From Selaginella moellendorffii (lineage: Eukaryota; Plantae; Lycopodiophyta), in the NCBI RefSeq assembly GCF_000143415.4, contig NW_003314347.1, positions 260,435-267,615 of the forward strand: a stretch of 7,181 nt of DNA. Direction: 5' to 3'. The number at the start of each line of letters is the position of its first letter. Position 1 is the stretch's first letter. Positions 1 through 4,875 of the stretch are shown one piece after another. The notes below the pieces were generated by a model. It searched no databases. It saw only the letters and a program-made list of their open reading frames with translations, and was not told where the DNA came from. Made by a program: the position numbers and the translations under genes.

Positions 1-122
1 CCATATCTTCGGATATTCAAATTGCACTAACACTCTTCTTCAACCACCTTCAAGATCCAATGTAAAGCCAAAACATTAACAAGAAAAATGACATGGAAAA
101 TCAAGCTCTAAGGAAACTTCCT

Positions 123-332
123 CATCACTTAAAATAACAATGCCACTTCCACTAACACAAGTGCTAGTGACGTCAATGCCCCAACTCCACATCTTCTCCA
201 TCCAACAATCTACTCCAAGTGCTAACGGATCAACCGACAAGCTATAGCAAATGAATGCTACAACCCTTTTCCAACACCTTAGTGGGCAAACTTAAGGAAA
301 CAAGGTACCTACTTAAGCTTAGCATAATGGAC
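123..332 (-). pseudogene. Possible heavily decayed, frameshifted gypsy reverse-transcriptase fragment
   Basis: Minus-strand pieces resemble the RT consensus in the right order: VHYAKLK*VP (332-303) ~ IDYRQLNKVT; K.LP (about 293-284) ~ KYPLP; SVD (237-229) ~ SKID; GEDV (199-188) ~ EEDI; (G)HCYF-VM (144-123) ~ GHYEFLVM. First-to-last spacing is about 187 nt versus about 183 nt expected. Matched by eye only. Confidence 0.45.
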
Positions 333-1555
333 CACTATAGAGAATCCAATCAAAGCTACTACAATGCTACTTCGTGTAAGTAGACTAGCTTGTCCATCAA
401 CCACTTTGGGGTTGATCATCATTTACCCAAGCAACTTCGTAAACGCATTACTCTTTATCACATGGATATGATATAAGCATCACAATGACTTGATCATCAA
501 TTGAGCAACACCACGAGCAATGCCAATGTCATTACTACAAATGTTTATGTGAGTATCAAGTGTCAACTCGATTCGACCAAATGCAACATAAATGCCACAC
601 TCCACCAATAGAGGTTTACGACACCCAACACCACTAACTTTTGTTCACAACACGGACAAGCTCATGCCACTCTCTTTCCGACCAAACTCAACACTAATCC
701 AACACCAAGCTACTCAAGGAGCAATAGCAAGGTTCCCCGGAAAAGAATTGAGCATTGCAACCCAAGTCTTTCAATAGCGAGCCTAGACAAAATGGTTTAG
801 TGTTTCACCACTATCCATCCCATAACTCACCACTTGTAAGACCATCACTTCCAACATGCATCAAGGTAGGGACTCTTGATTGCATAATGTGAACACAAGC
901 AATGAGTTAACACCTCGTTGCAAATCATCTCTCCAAGAAGAGAAAATGATTTACGTATTTGATCCTCCGTCCTCGATGACTCTCTTTTCGGTCTCATCTT
1001 TGACCAAACCTCAAGCTTGCTTTCGCACTGCCTTCCGTTCAATCGAAGAAAAGTTTATGAGAGAGCACGGCAATGATTACTTGAACCAATAGACTATTCC
1101 CTACAGTCTTGACTGATCCAATTATAATCATGCCTAGGAAGGATCCACTAGTGCCGTGCTAAACAGCTATGGACTAGCCTATTTGCCACTCATAGCAAAC
1201 TCAGGGAAAGTTTACTTTCACCCACGGTACATGGAACAACTCATGGAACCACTGGAACCATCGATAGGCTTACATTAATCCTGCCAACTTAAAGTGTAAC
1301 CTCAAGTTGCTAATGCGCCTCACTCACGAGCCCAAGCTCAAACTCGTGCAAATGGAACATCTCCAATCCATCCTATGAGCCCAAGCGCAAGCTCACATCA
1401 TAAGGTACAATAAGGTAACCCAAAACCTATCCCAAGGAACCAATGCGAAGTCTTTGCACCAAAACGTGTACCCACTCGGATCATCGTTTTCATCTCTGCG
1501 TATGCAACGAGACTAGTTGCCCAATCTCATTGAATAGTACTCGCTAAGACTCATC

Positions 1556-1566
1556 CTCTGATACCA
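1556..1566 (-). other. Primer-binding site complementary to the 3' end of plant initiator tRNA-Met
   Basis: The plus strand reads CTCTGATACCA, i.e. TGGTATCAGAG on the minus strand. This matches 11 of 12 nt of the canonical plant PBS TGGTATCAGAGC and lies 2 nt from the LTR-terminal CA (plus-strand TG at 1569-1570). Confidence 0.92.
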
Positions 1567-1592
1567 AATGTAGCGCACGTGGTTTTGACCCT

Positions 1593-1621
1593 TTATCCTA
1601 TGGTGATTTACCATAGGATAA
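1593..1621. repeat. Perfect 12-bp inverted repeat (hairpin) near the LTR 3' end
   Basis: TTATCCTATGGT (1593-1604), loop GATTT, ACCATAGGATAA (1610-1621). Confidence 0.9.
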
Positions 1622-1651
1622 CACCACGAAGCGGAACCTAAACCCTCTTTG

Positions 1652-1706
1652 TGCCACGTGACAGATGCCACGTGTCACATACCACGTGTCCATGCCACGT
1701 GTCCAT
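1652..1706. promoter_or_regulatory. Tandem array of four G-box/ABRE-type motifs (13-14-nt unit, about ATGCCACGTGTCC) in the LTR 3' end
   Basis: CACGTG occurs at 1655, 1669, 1683 and 1696 (spacing 14, 14, 13), with a fifth at 1576. 1694-1704 is the reverse complement of GGACACGTGGC, the wheat Em1a ABRE sequence. The repeat is certain; regulatory function is not shown. Confidence 0.65.
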
Positions 1707-2418
1707 AGGAACCCGAGGTTCAGGGCCTTGGGCCACTGAACGAAGGAACGGTGCCAAACTCCCAAGCATGACGCCAAGGAGTGATGAAACCGGACCACGG
1801 AGCAACTCCCGAGCATATAGCCCAAGGAGCGAAGGGACAGGAGCCCGGAGCGACTTGGAACAGTCCTAGAGCAACCAGCATCCCAATGCCAGGACCAGCA
1901 CGCAAAACGGAGCCAAACAGAGTCTGGCGCTATTTCGGCATACCGGTGGCCTAACGCGAGGATATGGGTACTCCACCAACTAGCATGGAATGGAACTTGG
2001 GCTTAGACCCAAGCCGGACGCAGAACAAGGACAGGCACGCAAGCGGGAGCTAGACTATGCCTCAGGTTGGTCGGCCATGCCCGACCTACCCACTATCCCT
2101 ACTATACATTTGGAACCCCCCATAGCCCCCCCCCCTTGAGGAACACACGCTTTGGGCTTTCACCCCAAGCCTCCCTTAGTATTAGGAGTTAGTCTCTGGG
2201 ATAAGCTCGAAACTTACTAAATATGGAATGTCCTTAGATTGCGAATTTAGACACGGGATGAACACCATTGTGTTCAGGACGATCTCTACATTCCGTAGAT
2301 ATGCCAAATGAGCAAATCTGGACACTTTCCATAAATAGCATTTGGGACCGAAATGAGACTAACACAAAGGGCATGATAGCGAGGGTGTTTGGCAGACACG
2401 GTAAGCTATCATGTAGCG

Positions 2419-3288
2419 ATATTGAGGGACTAATATCAATATGCGAGGGTTCTTATCATTAGCAAGTGCAAGCCAATGACAGGAGTTTCTCAAACCAGGC
2501 CGATTATGCTNNNNNNNNNNNNNNNNNNNNNNNNNNNNNNNNNNNNNNNNNNNNNNNNNNNNNNNNNNNNNNNNNNNNNNNNNNNNNNNNNNNNNNNNNN
2601 NNNNNNNNNNNNNNNNNNNNNNNNNNNNNNNNNNNNNNNNNNNNNNNNNNNNNNNNNNNNNNNNNNNNNNNNNNNNNNNNNNNNNNNNNNNNNNNNNNNN
2701 NNNNNNNNNNNNNNNNNNNNNNNNNNNNNNNNNNNNNNNNNNNNNNNNNNNNNNNNNNNNNNNNNNNNNNNNNNNNNNNNNNNNNNNNNNNNNNNNNNNN
2801 NNNNNNNNNNNNNNNNNNNNNNNNNNNNNNNNNNNNNNNNNNNNNNNNNNNNNNNNNNNNNNNNNNNNGGATTCGCGACCAAGTCAGACAACTTTCGGCC
2901 GTCCCCAATAAAGAAATGACCAATGGAGTCAGCCACCCTTGCTGCTCTGGGTGTCACCCAGCTTACAAAAGTGTGATATGCTCCTGCCTGCAAGGACATA
3001 GAGAGAGAAGCTAAAGGCCCCAACCCTCATGAGCAAAGAAACTAAACCCGTCAGTAAGGTTTAGATAGACTATTGTAAACAGGCAGTTAGAGTTGTTTAC
3101 ACGGTCACACTCTTGTTAATGGAATAAGGAACATCAATAGAGAGGCAGGTGATATGATTAGTCGACAATATCTACCCCATGACTAAAGATTTCACCATGC
3201 ACACGAAGTGCCGAAGCTAGTCTACATATACTGGCCCACACTCACAAATCAATAGATGGATAATATCAAAGTCAGAAACAATGATATC
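2419..3288. repeat. Left arm of an 870-bp inverted repeat (partner 3807-4676)
   Basis: 2869-3288 is the exact reverse complement of 3807-4226 (420/420), and 2419-2510 is the exact reverse complement of 4585-4676 (92/92). All paired coordinates sum to 7095, including across the 358-N gap. Confidence 0.95.
2511..2868. other. Assembly gap, 358 N
   Basis: Run of N. Its length equals the 358 nt at 4227-4584 predicted by the inverted-repeat register. Confidence 0.99.
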
Positions 3289-3300
3289 CCCCCTCGATAT

Positions 3301-3440
3301 GCCAGTTACTCCACTAGCACAAGAGGGACTGATAAATTGTCCAGCAATACCGACCTCCTGCCATCGTGGCAGTAAGGTAAGAGTGTCCGTAAGGACTAGT
3401 CGACAGGTAACTTTCGATACCCGAAGTCACATGCGCGACA
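3301..3440 (-). repeat. 5' ~140 nt of the copy A LTR
   Basis: Its reverse complement (TGTCGCGCATGTGACTTCGGGTATCGAAAGTTACCTGTCG...) aligns to 4384-4525 (TGTCACGAATGTGACTTCAGGTATTGAAAGTTACCTGTCG...). I counted 18 mismatches in the first 100 nt. Homology stops exactly at the TG terminus. Confidence 0.88.
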
Positions 3441-3806
3441 GCCATATTCATTCTGTTCTATTGATTATTGCTCAAGTTAGTTCTGATAGATTGGGATGCT
3501 ATTTCCTTCGGGTGATACATTCGCGAGCATCTTGCTTGCCAGTCAATGATACTTTGTGTTCTTTGAGTTATTTTTGGTAAGTTGTTTAGCATACTATTTA
3601 CAATTTTTGGTAGTTAAGTTCTATCATTGAGTTTTCTTGATAATACACTTGCTATTGAATTTTGCTGAATGGTGACTCCTATGTTTTTCCAAACATGATG
3701 ATTTTGGTGATTCCTATACTATAATACTGGTTTATCGGATGATAACTTACTTGGAATACTTTTGTGTTCTAATCTAAGATTTAATCACTGGTAATTAAGT
3801 CTCTAA

Positions 3807-4676
3807 GATATCATTGTTTCTGACTTTGATATTATCCATCTATTGATTTGTGAGTGTGGGCCAGTATATGTAGACTAGCTTCGGCACTTCGTGTGCATGG
3901 TGAAATCTTTAGTCATGGGGTAGATATTGTCGACTAATCATATCACCTGCCTCTCTATTGATGTTCCTTATTCCATTAACAAGAGTGTGACCGTGTAAAC
4001 AACTCTAACTGCCTGTTTACAATAGTCTATCTAAACCTTACTGACGGGTTTAGTTTCTTTGCTCATGAGGGTTGGGGCCTTTAGCTTCTCTCTCTATGTC
4101 CTTGCAGGCAGGAGCATATCACACTTTTGTAAGCTGGGTGACACCCAGAGCAGCAAGGGTGGCTGACTCCATTGGTCATTTCTTTATTGGGGACGGCCGA
4201 AAGTTGTCTGACTTGGTCGCGAATCCACGTTAGACATAAAGGTTGCCTCCTAACTCATTTAAGTTGGTGCATTTCTCACATAGTGTGAATACCATGAACT
4301 TTTTTTGGAGTTGTTTCCTTGGCAATATTCTAGAATCGAGTATGCATTGACGAGGACGTCGATCTTCCCTAGGAGGGCGAGAGTGTCACGAATGTGACTT
4401 CAGGTATTGAAAGTTACCTGTCGGCTAGTTCTTTCAGATATTCTTTCATTATTGCCACAACGGTAGGAGGTCAGTATTGTTGGGCTTATTATTAGTTCCC
4501 ACTTGGGCTAGTTGAGAAACTGGTCAATGACCATGTACTTAAATCAGATAAACATAAAGTAGGAACCCTATGTATTTCTTGCTAAGCATAATCGGCCTGG
4601 TTTGAGAAACTCCTGTCATTGGCTTGCACTTGCTAATGATAAGAACCCTCGCATATTGATATTAGTCCCTCAATAT
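3807..4676. repeat. Right arm of the 870-bp inverted repeat, separated from the left arm by a 518-bp spacer (3289-3806)
   Basis: Direct base-by-base comparison with 2419-3288. Confidence 0.95.
4371..4383 (+). other. Polypurine tract (plus-strand primer) of copy B
   Basis: AGGAGGGCGAGAG is 12/13 purines and directly precedes the LTR TG at 4384. It is preceded by a CGAGGACG motif of the kind found upstream of the PPT in plant chromoviruses. Confidence 0.82.
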
Positions 4677-4775
4677 TGCTGAATGATAGCTTATTGTGTC
4701 TGCCAAACACCCTCGCTATCATGCCCTTTGTGTTAGTCTTAATTCAGTCCCAAATGCTAATTATGAAAATGTCTA
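4384..4775 (+). repeat. 5' part of the copy B 3' LTR
   Basis: It starts TGTCACG after the PPT. It is homologous in inverted orientation to 3301-3440 and to 2320-2510. Confidence 0.85.
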
Positions 4776-4875
4776 NNNNNNNNNNNNNNNNNNNNNNNNN
4801 NNNNNNNNNNNNNNNNNNNNNNNNNNNNNNNNNNNNNNNNNNNNNNNNNNNNNNNNNNNNNNNNNNNNNNNNNNN
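4776..4875. other. Assembly gap, 100 N (probably an unsized placeholder)
   Basis: Exactly 100 N, the usual convention for a gap of unknown length. Element orientation switches across it. Confidence 0.97.

Larger units (their letters stand above)
1569..2418 (-). repeat. 3' ~850 nt of the copy A LTR (full LTR inferred at about 1.14 kb)
   Basis: It ends in CA next to the PBS. Segment 2320-2418 is the diverged reverse complement (about 85%) of 4677-4775, which lies about 294-392 nt into the LTR that starts at 4384 after the PPT. Confidence 0.8.
1..3440 (-). mobile_element. Ty3/gypsy-type LTR retrotransposon, copy A: 5' LTR (3440->1569, interrupted by a patch copied from copy B), PBS and decayed internal region running off the left edge
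   Basis: On the minus strand the LTR starts TGTCGCGCATGTG (3440-3428) and ends CACGTGCGCTACA (1581-1569). These are TG...CA termini with an 11/13 imperfect terminal inverted repeat. After a 2-nt spacer (TT) comes TGGTATCAGAG, the tRNA-iMet PBS. Sequence 1-1555 is G/T-rich on the element strand, has no long ORF and carries RT-like remnants. Confidence 0.85.
3441..4775 (+). mobile_element. LTR retrotransposon copy B: non-coding 3' internal region, PPT and the first 392 nt of the 3' LTR, truncated by the N gap
   Basis: The order is internal sequence, then ...ATTGACGAGGACGTCGATCTTCCCT, then AGGAGGGCGAGAG, then TGTCACG.... Segment 3446-3883 is a diverged reverse complement of 4876-5311. Plus-strand composition here is T/G-rich, the opposite of the flanking minus-oriented copies. 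Confidence 0.85.

Noticed and set aside
690-815. Minus-strand GMDS and FPGNLAIAP as protease/RT-linker remnants (ILGMDWL, FPEDLPGLPP)
   Set aside because: The spacing to the putative DYR motif (about 410 nt) does not fit the roughly 240 nt expected, and the matches are too short to trust.
1556-1566. tRNA gene
   Set aside because: Only the 11-nt match to the tRNA-iMet 3' end is present, with no cloverleaf. It is a PBS.
1652-1706. Regularly spaced palindromic repeats as a CRISPR-like array or iterons
   Set aside because: The units are 13-14 nt and directly abutting, with no unique spacers. The context is a eukaryotic LTR with no cas or rep genes.
592-1905. Short ORFs (61-75 aa) on both strands, and likewise 2268-2462, 3281-3580, 5348-5575, 5741-5923 and 6701-6979
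   Set aside because: None has a recognisable domain, and their lengths are what chance gives in skewed or GC-rich repeat DNA. 3281-3580 crosses two rearrangement junctions. The hydrophobic 5348-5575 peptide just reflects G/T-rich codons.
2466-3023. Long ORFs of 139-182 aa in the ORF track
   Set aside because: They are open only because the 358-N gap translates as X. The same applies to 4676-4956 across the 100-N gap.
3301-4525. Autointegration product of a single retrotransposon cDNA
   Set aside because: Autointegration would give near-identical LTR ends, but the two LTR starts differ at about 18% of positions with asymmetric CpG decay. Insertion into an older copy fits better.
2320-4775. 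Foldback/Mutator-like DNA transposon or DIRS element with long terminal inverted repeats
   Set aside because: The arms are made of LTR-retrotransposon internal, PPT and LTR sequence, with no discrete TIR ends, no flanking TSD, and no transposase or tyrosine recombinase.
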